DNA of 52,187 nt from an uncultured Candidatus Saccharibacteria bacterium (GCA_964507955.1 CAZDRR010000002.1:2665-54851), one strand, 5' to 3'; positions 38,116-48,243 are shown, numbered from the stretch's first letter. Made by a program: numbers and translations. The notes: generated by a model from the letters alone, not told the origin.

Positions 38116-39441
38116 ATGAAATTAAAGAGTTTTTTGAGTTTGTTTATTTTTCTTATTGCTAGTTTTTTAATTATTGGTACTACGTATGCTCAATCAGAAG
38201 AAGAACTTAAGAAAGAGCTTGAAAAAACAGAACAAGAAATAAAAGAACAAGAAGCTAAACTTAATCAACAAAAAGTAAAATCCAATCAAATTCTAGGTGA
38301 AGTTAATAAGTTGACAGGCCAAATTAAGACAGTACAAAAAAATATTGATGCAAAAAATTCTATAATTAAAGAAATTGGTTCGGACATAAAATTAAAAGAT
38401 CAGACTGTGTCTCAACTTAATAATAAATTAGATCGAAGTACAGAAGTACTAGCGGAGCTGGTTCGTGCAAAAAATAAAATTGATGATGTGTCCTTATTTG
38501 AGATTGTTACAACTAATGAAAATCTTTCAGATTTTTTTGTGAAGGTAGATTCTGTTGCACGAATACAAACCACTGTGGATGATCTATTGGATAAAATAAG
38601 GGAGTTAAGAGGACTTACTGAAGAAGAAAAGAAAAAATTAGAGGAGAAAAAATATAGAGAACAGGAAATTAAAGCGAAGATTGAAGTCGAGAAAAAACAA
38701 GTTGCTGTAAAACAGAGTGAACAAAAAGATTTATTAGCTGCATCTAAGGCCGTAGAACAGACTCATGAACAAGAACTTGCCGCAAAAAGAGCAAAAGCAG
38801 CTGCGATAAGAAGTGAACTGTTTAAACTACGTGATACCGGAAGTATTACATTTGAACAGGCTTTACAATATGCAAAAACAGCATCTCGCGTTACGGGGGT
38901 TAGAACAGCATTTATTCTAGGTATTCTTAAACAAGAAACAAACATCGGACAATATCTTGGTTCTTGTGTAATTACAGATCTTGATAGTGGGGCGACAAAG
39001 AGTGTAAAGAGTGGAACTGTATTTGATAACGGAATTCATCCTACAAGAGACTTGCCAGTACTTCAGTCTCTTCTCAAAAGGCTAGGGCGGGATCCTCTTA
39101 ATACTTTAGTATCTTGTCCACAAGGATATGGATACGGTGGTGCTATGGGGCCTTCTCAATTCATACCATCTACATGGGTTATGTATGAAAGTAAAGTTGC
39201 CCAAGCACTTGGGGTTACAAATGCTGATCCATGGAACCCTCAACATGCAATCATGGGAACAGCACTACTTTTGAGAGATTTAGGAGCTGGTTCACAAACA
39301 TATTCTTCTGAATTTGAAGCAGCTGGACGTTATTATGCAGGGGGAAATTGGGCGACTGCAGGACAAGCTTATGCAACAAGTGTACTTAATCACGCGGCTA
39401 CATTCCAAGCAAATTCTGACTTCTTGGATACAGTACAATAG
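38116..39441 (+). CDS. Secreted coiled-coil protein with C-terminal lytic transglycosylase (SLT_2/MltB-like) domain
   Basis: Signal peptide, about 220-aa coiled coil, then ILGILKQET (catalytic Glu), GAMGPSQFIPSTW, NPQHAI, RYYAG. Confidence 0.85.
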   Translation: MKLKSFLSLFIFLIASFLIIGTTYAQSEEELKKELEKTEQEIKEQEAKLNQQKVKSNQILGEVNKLTGQIKTVQKNIDAKNSIIKEIGSDIKLKDQTVSQLNNKLDRSTEVLAELVRAKNKIDDVSLFEIVTTNENLSDFFVKVDSVARIQTTVDDLLDKIRELRGLTEEEKKKLEEKKYREQEIKAKIEVEKKQVAVKQSEQKDLLAASKAVEQTHEQELAAKRAKAAAIRSELFKLRDTGSITFEQALQYAKTASRVTGVRTAFILGILKQETNIGQYLGSCVITDLDSGATKSVKSGTVFDNGIHPTRDLPVLQSLLKRLGRDPLNTLVSCPQGYGYGGAMGPSQFIPSTWVMYESKVAQALGVTNADPWNPQHAIMGTALLLRDLGAGSQTYSSEFEAAGRYYAGGNWATAGQAYATSVLNHAATFQANSDFLDTVQ

Positions 39442-39521
39442 TCTTAAAGTGGATATAATTCATTGACTGGGTCAAGGGAAATACTTTACAAAATCAGGGT
39501 TTTTGATATAGTACTACAACT

Positions 39522-39731
39522 ATGAAAAAAGATATTCATCCAACATATCACGCGAATGCAGTAACCACATGTGCATGTGGCGCCGCTTTTGCTGTTGGTT
39601 CTGTTAAGGAAAAACAAGAAATTGAAATTTGTTCAAAATGCCATCCGTTTTATACGGGTCAAGAAAAAACAATTGACTCTGCAGGACGAGTTGAGAAGTT
39701 TAAGGCTCGAATGGCAAAATCAAAGAACTAA
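39522..39731 (+). CDS. rpmE: 50S ribosomal protein L31 (Zn-binding type)
   Basis: [29 protein letters not shown]. Confidence 0.97.
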   Translation: MKKDIHPTYHANAVTTCACGAAFAVGSVKEKQEIEICSKCHPFYTGQEKTIDSAGRVEKFKARMAKSKN

Positions 39732-39734
39732 CTT

Positions 39735-39771
39735 TACAAAAGCGGCAAGGCGAAGCCTTGCCGCTTTTGTA
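39735..39771 (+). terminator. Perfect 17-bp hairpin after rpmE
   Basis: tacaaaagcggcaaggc-gaa-gccttgccgcttttgta. Confidence 0.85.
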
Positions 39772-39781
39772 TTTAATCTAT

Positions 39782-40729
39782 ATGACATACGAAGAAGCAT
39801 TACAACACAAAGAAAATCCAAGGGTTCAATACTTCGTTTGCGAACTTGAACGACTTGAGAAATCAAAAGAGGATACTCAAGAGCTTTTTAATAATCCTGA
39901 TATGAGAGAACTTGCTGAAGAAGAACTCAAATCTATTGCTGAACAACAAAAGAATCTTTTATTACAAATTGAAGATAATTTAAAAAAAGAACAAGAGGAA
40001 GAACAATTCCCGAATGAAATTATTCTTGAAGTACGAGCTGGTGCCGGTGGAGACGAAGCATCTATTTTTGCATATGAACTTGCACAGATGTATCAACGAT
40101 ATGCTGAGAAACAAGGGTGGTCAGTTATGAAATTGGAAGAATCTTTAAGCTCTGTTGGTGGATACAAAGAGGCAACTTTTGAAATACGTGGACAGGATGT
40201 ATATAGAAAACTAAGATTTGAAACAGGCGTACATCGAGTACAGCGAATTCCAAAAACAGAGAGTAAAGGTAGAGTTCATACTTCAACTGCATCTATTGCT
40301 ATTTTACCAATGAGAAAGAAAACAAAGATAACTCTAAGACCAGAAGATCTTGAGATTGAAACATCACGTTCAGGAGGGAAAGGAGGACAAAATGTAAATA
40401 AGGTTGAAACAGCTGTTCGAATCGTTCATAAACCTACCGGATTTGATGTTCGATCTACTGCTCAACGAAGTCAGATTAAGAATAAAGAAACTGCACTCGC
40501 TATTCTTACGGCTCGAGTAGAACAATATTATGAAGAAATTGAAAATGCTAAATATTCAAATGAACGAAAAGAACAAATAGGAACCTCTGATCGTTCAGAA
40601 AAAATCAGAACATACAATTTTCCACAAAATCGAATTACTGATCATAGAATAAAAGAGTCGTGGCATAATATAGAGGGTATTATGGCAGGTGGTCTGGATG
40701 ATATTGTTGAGGCATTTGCTAAATTCTAA
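39782..40729 (+). CDS. prfA: Peptide chain release factor 1 (short N-domain)
   Basis: [20 protein letters not shown] (PxT), [24 protein letters not shown]. Confidence 0.95.
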   Translation: MTYEEALQHKENPRVQYFVCELERLEKSKEDTQELFNNPDMRELAEEELKSIAEQQKNLLLQIEDNLKKEQEEEQFPNEIILEVRAGAGGDEASIFAYELAQMYQRYAEKQGWSVMKLEESLSSVGGYKEATFEIRGQDVYRKLRFETGVHRVQRIPKTESKGRVHTSTASIAILPMRKKTKITLRPEDLEIETSRSGGKGGQNVNKVETAVRIVHKPTGFDVRSTAQRSQIKNKETALAILTARVEQYYEEIENAKYSNERKEQIGTSDRSEKIRTYNFPQNRITDHRIKESWHNIEGIMAGGLDDIVEAFAKF

Positions 40730-40752
40730 TTTTTTTGGTACTATCCACCTAC

Positions 40753-41463
40753 ATGAAATCAGTAAATACAGACAATAAAAAAGCTATCGAATCAATGCTC
40801 TCAGTAGGAGCACATTTTGGATATGCAAAATCACGCCGACATCCTTCAACCAAATCTTTTATTGCAGGAAGTAAAAATGGCTATGAAATTATAGATTTAG
40901 AAAAAACAGCTGAGCATCTTGAAAAAGCTCTTGCTTTTGTTTCAGATATTGCAAAAGATAGAGGACAAATTCTGTTTGTTTCAACAAAAAAAGAATTTGC
41001 ACCAGTTATTAAAGATGCAGCACTCTCAATTGATCAACCTTATGTAATCGGTAGATGGATTGGTGGAACACTCACAAACTTTGAAGAAATTACAAAACGA
41101 GTAAAAAGACTTGAATCTCTCCTTGAACAAAAAACAAAAGGTCTTCTTGCAAAATATACAAAAAAAGAAAGACTTCTTATTGATAGAGAGATAGAAGATC
41201 TAGAGGAAAGATTTGGTGGTATTACAAATATGAAGTTTAAACCTAAAGCTGTATTTGTAATTGACAGTAAGCATGAAGATATTGCTGTACAAGAGGCTGT
41301 GAATGAAAAAATTTCAGTAGTTGGGGTAGCTAATTCTGATTGTGATATTGATGTATTAACATATCCTATTATTGCAAATGACTCTTCAATTAAGAGTGTT
41401 AAGTTTTTCGTGTCACAAGTTGTAGAAGCTTACAAAAGTTCAAAAGTAGAAAGACGGGCTTAA
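40753..41463 (+). CDS. rpsB: 30S ribosomal protein S2
   Basis: GAHFG, IIDLEKT, RWIGGTLTNF, IIANDSS; start moved to ATG 40753. Confidence 0.96.
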   Translation: MKSVNTDNKKAIESMLSVGAHFGYAKSRRHPSTKSFIAGSKNGYEIIDLEKTAEHLEKALAFVSDIAKDRGQILFVSTKKEFAPVIKDAALSIDQPYVIGRWIGGTLTNFEEITKRVKRLESLLEQKTKGLLAKYTKKERLLIDREIEDLEERFGGITNMKFKPKAVFVIDSKHEDIAVQEAVNEKISVVGVANSDCDIDVLTYPIIANDSSIKSVKFFVSQVVEAYKSSKVERRA

Positions 41464-41490
41464 TTTTAGTAGTTCTAACAGACATATAAT

Positions 41491-42072
41491 ATGAGTATTT
41501 CAACAGAAGTAATTAAACAATTGCGAGACGCAACAGGTGTTTCTATTATGCAATGTAAAAAGGCGCTTGAAGAAGTTGATGGTGACATTGAAAAGGCAAA
41601 AGTTATTTTGCAAAAGTATAGTAAAGCTGCTGCAGATAAAAAATCAGATAGAACTCTTGGAGCGGGCGCAATAGCTTCTTATATTCATCAGGGTGGAAAA
41701 GTTGGTTCGCTTGTTGAATTGATGTGTGAGACAGACTTTGTTTCAAAAAATGAAGAATTCCAATCTCTTGCAAAAGACATAGCAATGCACGTTGCTGCTC
41801 TTGCACCTCAATTTCTTAGAAAAGAAGATATAAAAGAAGAGGATATGATTGCTGCAAAAGAAGTATATAAAGAAGAAATTGAAGGAAAGCCAGAGGAGTT
41901 AAAAGAAAAAATTCTTCAAGGAAAACTGGACGCATATTTCAATGAAAAAACTCTTCTTGAACAAGCTTTTATTAAAAACCCTGAAAAAACAATCAAACTT
42001 ATGTTGGATGAAGCAATTCAAAAGTTTGGAGAAAAAGTTGAAATTACTCGATTTACTAGATATTCAATCTAA
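41491..42072 (+). CDS. tsf: Elongation factor Ts (short form)
   Basis: IKQLRDATGVSIMQCKKAL, ELMCETDFV, LLEQAFIKNP. Confidence 0.96.
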   Translation: MSISTEVIKQLRDATGVSIMQCKKALEEVDGDIEKAKVILQKYSKAAADKKSDRTLGAGAIASYIHQGGKVGSLVELMCETDFVSKNEEFQSLAKDIAMHVAALAPQFLRKEDIKEEDMIAAKEVYKEEIEGKPEELKEKILQGKLDAYFNEKTLLEQAFIKNPEKTIKLMLDEAIQKFGEKVEITRFTRYSI

Positions 42073-42110
42073 AAGATATTAGCTAGAGGTTAATCTCTTT
42101 AGCTTATTTT

Positions 42111-42419
42111 ATGGTAGTAGAAATTACATTGATTATAGTTTCATCGAGCATACTATTTTTAGTCTATTTTTCTAGAGTAAAAAATAATGGTTTAAAGACG
42201 TTTTTATTTTCAGAAAATTTTCTTAATTCAGCAGATGAAAAAATCTTTGATTTTGTTAAATTTGTATTTAAGATGTATTCTCTCTTGGAACAAAATGTGA
42301 CAACATTTGTATCTAAGATTCCACATAAAGTTGCTCATACCATTCATGAAGCATCTCATTCTTTGGCTGTAAAGAGTAGTAAATGGGTTGATAAGATTAC
42401 CCATAAAACCACAAAATAG
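42111..42419 (+). CDS. Small hypothetical membrane-anchored protein
   Basis: 102-aa ORF with N-terminal hydrophobic segment. Confidence 0.6.
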   Translation: MVVEITLIIVSSSILFLVYFSRVKNNGLKTFLFSENFLNSADEKIFDFVKFVFKMYSLLEQNVTTFVSKIPHKVAHTIHEASHSLAVKSSKWVDKITHKTTK

Positions 42420-42475
42420 GTGGATTTGAAATACTTCACAAAATTAAATAAATCGGTTAGAATGTCCTGTATTAA

Positions 42476-42551
42476 GCCACTTTAGCTCAGTTGGTAGAGC
42501 AGCCGTTTTGTAAACGGCAGGTCGTCAGTTCAAGCCTGACAAGTGGCTCCA
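42476..42551 (+). tRNA. tRNA-Thr(UGU), CCA encoded
   Basis: Acceptor gccactt/aagtggc, D-arm gctcagttggtagagc, anticodon arm gccgt-tttgtaa-acggc, T-arm gtcag-ttcaagc-ctgac; promoter TTCACA-N17-TAGAAT. Confidence 0.97.
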
Positions 42552-42558
42552 AAATCAC

Positions 42559-44097
42559 ATGCAAACAGATAAATACTATTTAAAAGTTGCTCATGCTCGC
42601 GATCTTACAGGTAGAGATAGGATTATTTACAGGATTTTTGAAATGATACCCGGACTCTTAACTTGGGGAACTTTTGTCTTAATTGTATTGTTATCAATTT
42701 TTAAACCTGTTTGGGCGGCGATATTTATTATTGCTTTTGATTTATATTGGCTTCTTAAAACCGCACACCTCTCATTTCACCATTATCATAATTGGAAACG
42801 ACTTAAGCATAATATGCAAGTTGATTGGCAAAAAATGCTTGAAGGAATCAAATATGAGCATTTCTATCACATGATTATTTTGCCTTATTATACAGAGGGA
42901 CTTGAAGTTATTGAGGGAAGTGTAAAATCTCTTCTTGAATCAAAATATGATAGAAAGAAAATGATTATCGTAATGGCATGTGAAGAACGTGCAGGTGAAG
43001 ACGCATATCAATATTCAAAAATTATAGAACAAAAATATGCTCATGAGTTCGGACACTTTACAATCTCTGTTCATCCTAAGGATTTGCCTGGAGAAATAAA
43101 AGGTAAAGGTCCAAATATTAGTCATGCAGCAGAACATACTCGTGTTGAAATTTTAGACAAATATAATATACCGTACGAAGATGTTATTGTTTCGGCTTTT
43201 GATATAGACACTGTTGTCGGAGAACATTATTTCGGTTGCCTCACATGGCATTTTTGTACGCATGAGAATCCTTACAATGCTTCCTTTCAACCTATTCCTT
43301 TATATAACAACAATGTATGGCAAACACCAGCAATTTCTCGTGTTGCAGCGATGACAAGTACATTTTGGCAAATGATTCAACAAGAGAGGCCTGAAAAGCT
43401 TGTGACATTTTCTTCACATTCACTTGCATTTAAATCTTTATATGAAGTTGGATATTGGCAAAAAAATATGATTTCTGATGATTCACGAATCTTTTTCAAT
43501 CTGTTCTTACTTAAAGATGGTGACTATACTGCTGTACCACTTTCATATCCTGTATCTATGGATGCAAATCTTGCACCAAAATGGACTCAAACAATAAAAA
43601 ATATTTATAAGCAACATTTTAGATGGATGTGGGGTGTTGAAAATATTCCGTATCTTCTTTTTGGTTGTATGAAGAATAAAAAAATTCCGTTTAAGAAAAA
43701 ATTTGAACACATTTTTGTTCAAGTAGAAGGTTTTTGGTCTCTTGCTACAAATCCAATTATGATTCTTGTTCTTGGATGGTTGCCAATTCTCTTGGGGGGA
43801 CCAGAATTTAGAGATACTGTTCTTTCATATAATCTGCCACATATAACTCAAATTTTGATGACTATCGCAACATCTGGACTTCTTCTATCTGTTATTATTG
43901 CTGCTAGTTTGTTACCAAAAAGACCAAAGCATCTTGAGGGGAAGAAATACTTGTGGATTCCTCTTACATTGCAATGGGTATTTGTTCCATTTACAATTAT
44001 ATTGTTCGGATCATTCCCTGGAATTGATGCACAAACAAGATTAATGTTAGGTCGATATGTTGGAGCTTTTTGGGTTACGCCTAAACATAGAAAATAA
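42559..44097 (+). CDS. Membrane-bound glycosyltransferase family 2
   Basis: TMs at both ends; KGKGPN, AFDID, ISDDSRIF, YKQHFRWMWG (QxxRW). Confidence 0.85.
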   Translation: MQTDKYYLKVAHARDLTGRDRIIYRIFEMIPGLLTWGTFVLIVLLSIFKPVWAAIFIIAFDLYWLLKTAHLSFHHYHNWKRLKHNMQVDWQKMLEGIKYEHFYHMIILPYYTEGLEVIEGSVKSLLESKYDRKKMIIVMACEERAGEDAYQYSKIIEQKYAHEFGHFTISVHPKDLPGEIKGKGPNISHAAEHTRVEILDKYNIPYEDVIVSAFDIDTVVGEHYFGCLTWHFCTHENPYNASFQPIPLYNNNVWQTPAISRVAAMTSTFWQMIQQERPEKLVTFSSHSLAFKSLYEVGYWQKNMISDDSRIFFNLFLLKDGDYTAVPLSYPVSMDANLAPKWTQTIKNIYKQHFRWMWGVENIPYLLFGCMKNKKIPFKKKFEHIFVQVEGFWSLATNPIMILVLGWLPILLGGPEFRDTVLSYNLPHITQILMTIATSGLLLSVIIAASLLPKRPKHLEGKKYLWIPLTLQWVFVPFTIILFGSFPGIDAQTRLMLGRYVGAFWVTPKHRK

Positions 44098-45074
44098 TGA
44101 AACCACTAACAAAAAAACAGAGATATCTTTCCATAACTATTCTTGCAATACTTTTTATTTTAGTAGCCCCAATAATTGTACTTTATTCTTTGGGTTATAC
44201 ATTTGATGAACAATTTACAATACAAAAAACAGGAGGAATTTTTATTCATTCTGATGTTGCTAATACATCAGTGTTTGTTAACAAGGATTTTTTTAAATCA
44301 AATGGAATTTTTATAAGAAATACTCTTATACAAGATTTAGTTCCTAATAAGAGATATTTAATAGAAGTTCACAAACAAGGATATCAAAGTTGGATAAAGG
44401 AGATTTATGTATACCCATCTATTGTTTCTGAAGGAAGTGTACTTATGTTACCTAATCAGTTTGAAAAAAGACAAATATTTAAATATGTTGATGAGGACGG
44501 TATTGCAACTTCTACTCCAACCATTAAGAATCAAACTAAGGCAAACAATCCAGAATTTATAACAATTTCTGAATTATTCGCTTCATCCACAAAAAATATT
44601 TCTGAAAAAAATATTCAAGTATCTACAATAAATGCTTCATCAACAACAAAGCAGAAGAGTAAAATAGAGTTGTTTTTTGAGAGCTTAAAAATTAAGGACT
44701 ATACAAAATTAAAAAACCTTATTGTTAACGGTGAAGAATCTTCTTGGCTTGATGCGGGTAATATTAAACTATATTGGATGGACGATATTGTTTCAATTCC
44801 ATATTACTATTGTAGTGGAGAAGAAGAACGAGTGTGCTCAAATGAAATAACACTTGATTGGAATGACGAAATTAAAAAATTTGAGTATCTTCCTGGAAGA
44901 AATGATGTTTGGATTGTGCTCACAAGTCATGGAATTTATGCAGTTGAAGTTGATGGAAGAACGCAAAGAAATATTCAAACGATTTATAAAGGCGAAAATG
45001 TTGATTTTCGTCTGACACAAACAGATAGACTTATTATCAAGGAGGGAAATTCTTTCTTTGAAATCAACCTATAA
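44097..45074 (+). CDS. Membrane-anchored PEGA-domain-like protein
   Basis: YSLGY...KTGGIFIHS...IQDLVP.RYLIEVHKQGYQSWIKEI. Confidence 0.7.
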   Translation: MKPLTKKQRYLSITILAILFILVAPIIVLYSLGYTFDEQFTIQKTGGIFIHSDVANTSVFVNKDFFKSNGIFIRNTLIQDLVPNKRYLIEVHKQGYQSWIKEIYVYPSIVSEGSVLMLPNQFEKRQIFKYVDEDGIATSTPTIKNQTKANNPEFITISELFASSTKNISEKNIQVSTINASSTTKQKSKIELFFESLKIKDYTKLKNLIVNGEESSWLDAGNIKLYWMDDIVSIPYYYCSGEEERVCSNEITLDWNDEIKKFEYLPGRNDVWIVLTSHGIYAVEVDGRTQRNIQTIYKGENVDFRLTQTDRLIIKEGNSFFEINL

Positions 45075-45132
45075 AATTTATTTTCTGCAGGTTGCATCCT
45101 TCTGGTTTTACATTAGAATAACTTTATAAACT

Positions 45133-45861
45133 ATGGAAAAAAACGAAAATATAGGACATGTGCACCCTAATACAGCGATGATAGAAGGTATTGTTCAAAT
45201 TTTTAAAGATATGGGGTTTGAAGTTGTAGAAGGTCCAGAGATGGAAGATGAATGGCATAATTTTGATGCATTGAATGTTCCTAAAGATCATCCTTCAAGA
45301 GATATGCAGGATACGTTTTGGCTTAGAAATTCAATGTTGCTTAGAACACATACTTCAAGTGTACAAATTAGGTATATGGAAAAACATAAACCACCTTTTG
45401 CTATTGTTGCTCCAGGAAAAGTTTTTAGAAATGAAGCTACTGACCGAACACATGAAGCGCAATTTTTTCAATTTGAAGCACTTGTAGTTGGAAAAGATAT
45501 TACTGTGGCAAATCTAAAATATTATCTTGAAACATTCTTAAAGCATGTGTTTGATGAAGAAGTTGAGATTAGGTTGCGACCAAGTTTTTTTCCTTTTGTA
45601 GAACCTGGATTTGAAGTTGATATGAGGTGCAGTGTGTGTAAAGGAGAGGGATGTCCTACATGTAAGCACTCAGGTTGGATAGAACTTCTTGGGGCAGGAC
45701 TCGTACACCCAAATGTTTTAGAATCAGTTGGTGTTGATAGTAAAGAATGGTCAGGTTTTGCTTTTGGTGTTGGTCTAGATCGAATTGTAATGATGAAGAC
45801 AAAGCTTGATGATATTAGAAATCTCTATACTGGAGATTTGCGAGTAATAAGACAATTTTAA
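45133..45861 (+). CDS. pheS: Phenylalanine--tRNA ligase alpha subunit (lacks N-terminal arm)
   Basis: NFDALN...HPSRDMQDTF, LLRTHTS, FRNEATDRTH, RPSFFPFVEP, GFAFGVGLDR. Confidence 0.96.
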   Translation: MEKNENIGHVHPNTAMIEGIVQIFKDMGFEVVEGPEMEDEWHNFDALNVPKDHPSRDMQDTFWLRNSMLLRTHTSSVQIRYMEKHKPPFAIVAPGKVFRNEATDRTHEAQFFQFEALVVGKDITVANLKYYLETFLKHVFDEEVEIRLRPSFFPFVEPGFEVDMRCSVCKGEGCPTCKHSGWIELLGAGLVHPNVLESVGVDSKEWSGFAFGVGLDRIVMMKTKLDDIRNLYTGDLRVIRQF

Positions 45862-45864
45862 TAT

Positions 45865-47751
45865 ATGAAAATTTCCTACAATTGGTTACAAGAATATTTT
45901 GAAAAACCACTCCCTAACCCAAAAGACTTGGCAGATTTACTTAATTTACGAGCACTTGAAGTAGAAGAAATTGAAGAAAAAGATGGTGATAGTATTTTTG
46001 AAATAAAAGTTACTCCTAATCGGGCACCTGATTGTTTAAGTCATATTGGAATAGCAAAAGAGGTTGCAATACATACAAAAATTCAAACATCTTTTAGACA
46101 GGTAGAACAAACAAAACAAGATTTTCAAACAACATGGAAAGTAGAAGCTTCTTCTGATTCTTGTGTAAGATATATGATGTGTGAAGTGCAAAATGTAAAA
46201 GTAGAAGAATCTCCTTTAGAGCTTAAACTTAAACTTGAGTCAATTGGACAACGATCCATAAATACAATTGTAGATATTACAAATCTTGTAATGTATGAAA
46301 TAGGACAGCCAATGCACGCATTTGACTCTTCAAAATTAGATGGAAAAGTTATTAAGATTGCATCTCCTAAAGATATACATTTTGTGACATTGGATAATAA
46401 AGAAGTGGAACTTACTTCTGAAGATTTTACTATTCAAGATGAGAAAGATAACCTTGCTATTGCAGGAGTTAAGGGTGGTAAAAAGGCAGAGGTAGATTCG
46501 AATACAAAAAATATTATTTTAGAAGCAGCAAATTTCTTCCCAGTAAAAGTTAGAAAGACATCAAGGAGAACTAATATACAAACAGATTCTTCTAAAAGAT
46601 TTGAAAATGGTCTTACTCCAAAATTAACAGAAAAGGCAATTCAACTTGCAAGTCACTATATTAAAATATATGCATCAGATAATTCAACAAAGTTTTCAAA
46701 TATTATTGACATATATCCTGATCCAATTTTAGAAAAAAAGACTATTCAATTAGATTATAAAAATATTTCAAAAAAACTAGGGATAGATATTTCAAAAGAG
46801 GATTTAGAAAATACACTTAAAGTACTAGAAATAGAATTTACTGTTTCAAGTGACTTATTGTATATGCTCCACGTACCATATGAACGATTAGACCTTAATC
46901 TTGAAATAGATATTATTGAAGAAATTGGTCGTGTGTATGGATATGAGCATATTAAACCTACAGTATTAAATTTAGAACCTAATTTGAATGTTTCTGTCTA
47001 CGATAAGATTGCAACAATAAAAACAATCCTTATTAAGAATGGATTTGACGAGGTTATAACATATTCGTTCGGCAAAAAAGGTGACATCTCTGTTGTTAAG
47101 CCTCTTGCAAAAGATAAATCTTATTTGAGAAAAAATTTAATAGTAGGATTAACGGATGCGCTTGAACTTAACTTCAAAAATAAAGATTTGTTTGCAGTAG
47201 ATACTATTAAGATCTTTGAGGTGGGACATGTGTTTACGGAACAAGGAGAAAAGACTGTGCTTGGTATAGGTATTAAGACATCTAATAAAAAGAATAAAAT
47301 AAAAAATATTTTAGATGAAACAATTAAAGATATTTCTTCTGTAATTGGATGTGAAATAAAAGTTAATCTGCTTGATCAACAAGAGATTATTGAAATAGAA
47401 CTAGATGAAATACTCTTAAAGGATTTTAATATTAATAATGAATTACATGAGTTAGGTTCTGTTATATATCAACCATTCTCTTTGTATCCATTTATGTCTA
47501 GAGATATTGCAGTATGGGCAAAAAATACAAAAACAAAATCTGATATAGAAAATATTATTACAAACTTAGGTACGGACTTGTTAATAAGATATGATTTGTT
47601 TGACGAATTTAGCAAAGATGATAGAACATCCTATGCTTATAGATTAGTATTCCAATCATCTGACAGGACTCTTACTGATGAAGAGATTAATCCGATCATG
47701 GATAAAATTTATACTACATTGCAATCAGATTCTGACTTTGAAATTAGATAA
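45865..47751 (+). CDS. pheT: Phenylalanine--tRNA ligase beta subunit (lacks B2 OB-fold)
   Basis: MKISYNWLQ, VTPNRAPDCLSHIG, VDITN, QPMHAFD, EEIGRVYGY, C-terminal RDIAV...LTDEEIN. Confidence 0.95.
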   Translation: MKISYNWLQEYFEKPLPNPKDLADLLNLRALEVEEIEEKDGDSIFEIKVTPNRAPDCLSHIGIAKEVAIHTKIQTSFRQVEQTKQDFQTTWKVEASSDSCVRYMMCEVQNVKVEESPLELKLKLESIGQRSINTIVDITNLVMYEIGQPMHAFDSSKLDGKVIKIASPKDIHFVTLDNKEVELTSEDFTIQDEKDNLAIAGVKGGKKAEVDSNTKNIILEAANFFPVKVRKTSRRTNIQTDSSKRFENGLTPKLTEKAIQLASHYIKIYASDNSTKFSNIIDIYPDPILEKKTIQLDYKNISKKLGIDISKEDLENTLKVLEIEFTVSSDLLYMLHVPYERLDLNLEIDIIEEIGRVYGYEHIKPTVLNLEPNLNVSVYDKIATIKTILIKNGFDEVITYSFGKKGDISVVKPLAKDKSYLRKNLIVGLTDALELNFKNKDLFAVDTIKIFEVGHVFTEQGEKTVLGIGIKTSNKKNKIKNILDETIKDISSVIGCEIKVNLLDQQEIIEIELDEILLKDFNINNELHELGSVIYQPFSLYPFMSRDIAVWAKNTKTKSDIENIITNLGTDLLIRYDLFDEFSKDDRTSYAYRLVFQSSDRTLTDEEINPIMDKIYTTLQSDSDFEIR

Positions 47752-47762
47752 TATTTTGTAAT

Positions 47763-47796
47763 AAAAAAACTCACCCCGCTAGTTTTGATAGCGGGG
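47763..47796 (-). terminator. Intrinsic terminator of the GC-rich mini-island (may also serve pheT)
   Basis: ccccgcta-tcaaaac-tagcgggg then tgagttttttt on minus strand. Confidence 0.75.
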
Positions 47797-47824
47797 CTGT
47801 TCACAAGTTTCGGCAGTACTCTGC

Positions 47825-48124
47825 CTACTTCTCGGGGAATGGTCCGTGGTAGCCACGGCGCAGCGGAATGGACTGGATGGACTTTTGGTCCAGTGTGAAG
47901 GCAAGTGGTCTTGCGACAAAGCTCGCTAACAGAAGAAAGTAACCGATAGCTCGTAGCTCAATGAGCAAGGCTGAAATGCCTATCATATAGATTGGAACCA
48001 GCAGAAGGAGAGCGGCTGAGATTCCATCGTCGTAGCCGAAGATTCTCATGTTCGGCCCCTTCTTCACATGAAGAATGAAGACGAAGATTGGCAGAAGTGC
48101 AAAGAATGCATCCAGGATTTTCAT
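47825..48124 (-). CDS. 99-aa hydrophobic hypothetical protein, about 50% GC
   Basis: Three hydrophobic stretches; own promoter and terminator; 150/300 G+C over 47821-48120. Confidence 0.65.
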   Translation of the reverse strand: MKILDAFFALLPIFVFILHVKKGPNMRIFGYDDGISAALLLLVPIYMIGISALLIELRAIGYFLLLASFVARPLAFTLDQKSIQSIPLRRGYHGPFPEK

Positions 48125-48168
48125 TGTCGTTCGGGGGTTTGTTGTTTGATGAACCGAAGTTCAATAAA

Positions 48169-48196
48169 ATATTACAACTATAATTATATATGTCAA
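48169..48196 (-). promoter_or_regulatory. Promoter of mini-island
   Basis: TTGACA(48196-91)-N16-TAATAT(48174-69), followed by TGAAC-TTCG-GTTCA hairpin. Confidence 0.7.
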
Positions 48197-48197
48197 A

Positions 48198-48243
48198 TAA
48201 AAGTGGATTTTAGGGCTATGTATAGCCCTAAAATCCACTTTTA
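48198..48243. repeat. Near-perfect 46-bp palindrome between divergent promoters
   Basis: taaaagtggattttagggctat-gt-atagccctaaaatccactttta. Confidence 0.85.

Noticed and set aside
42476-42551. tRNA-Thr as an island integration site
   Set aside because: No duplicate of its 3' end was found downstream and no integrase is present.
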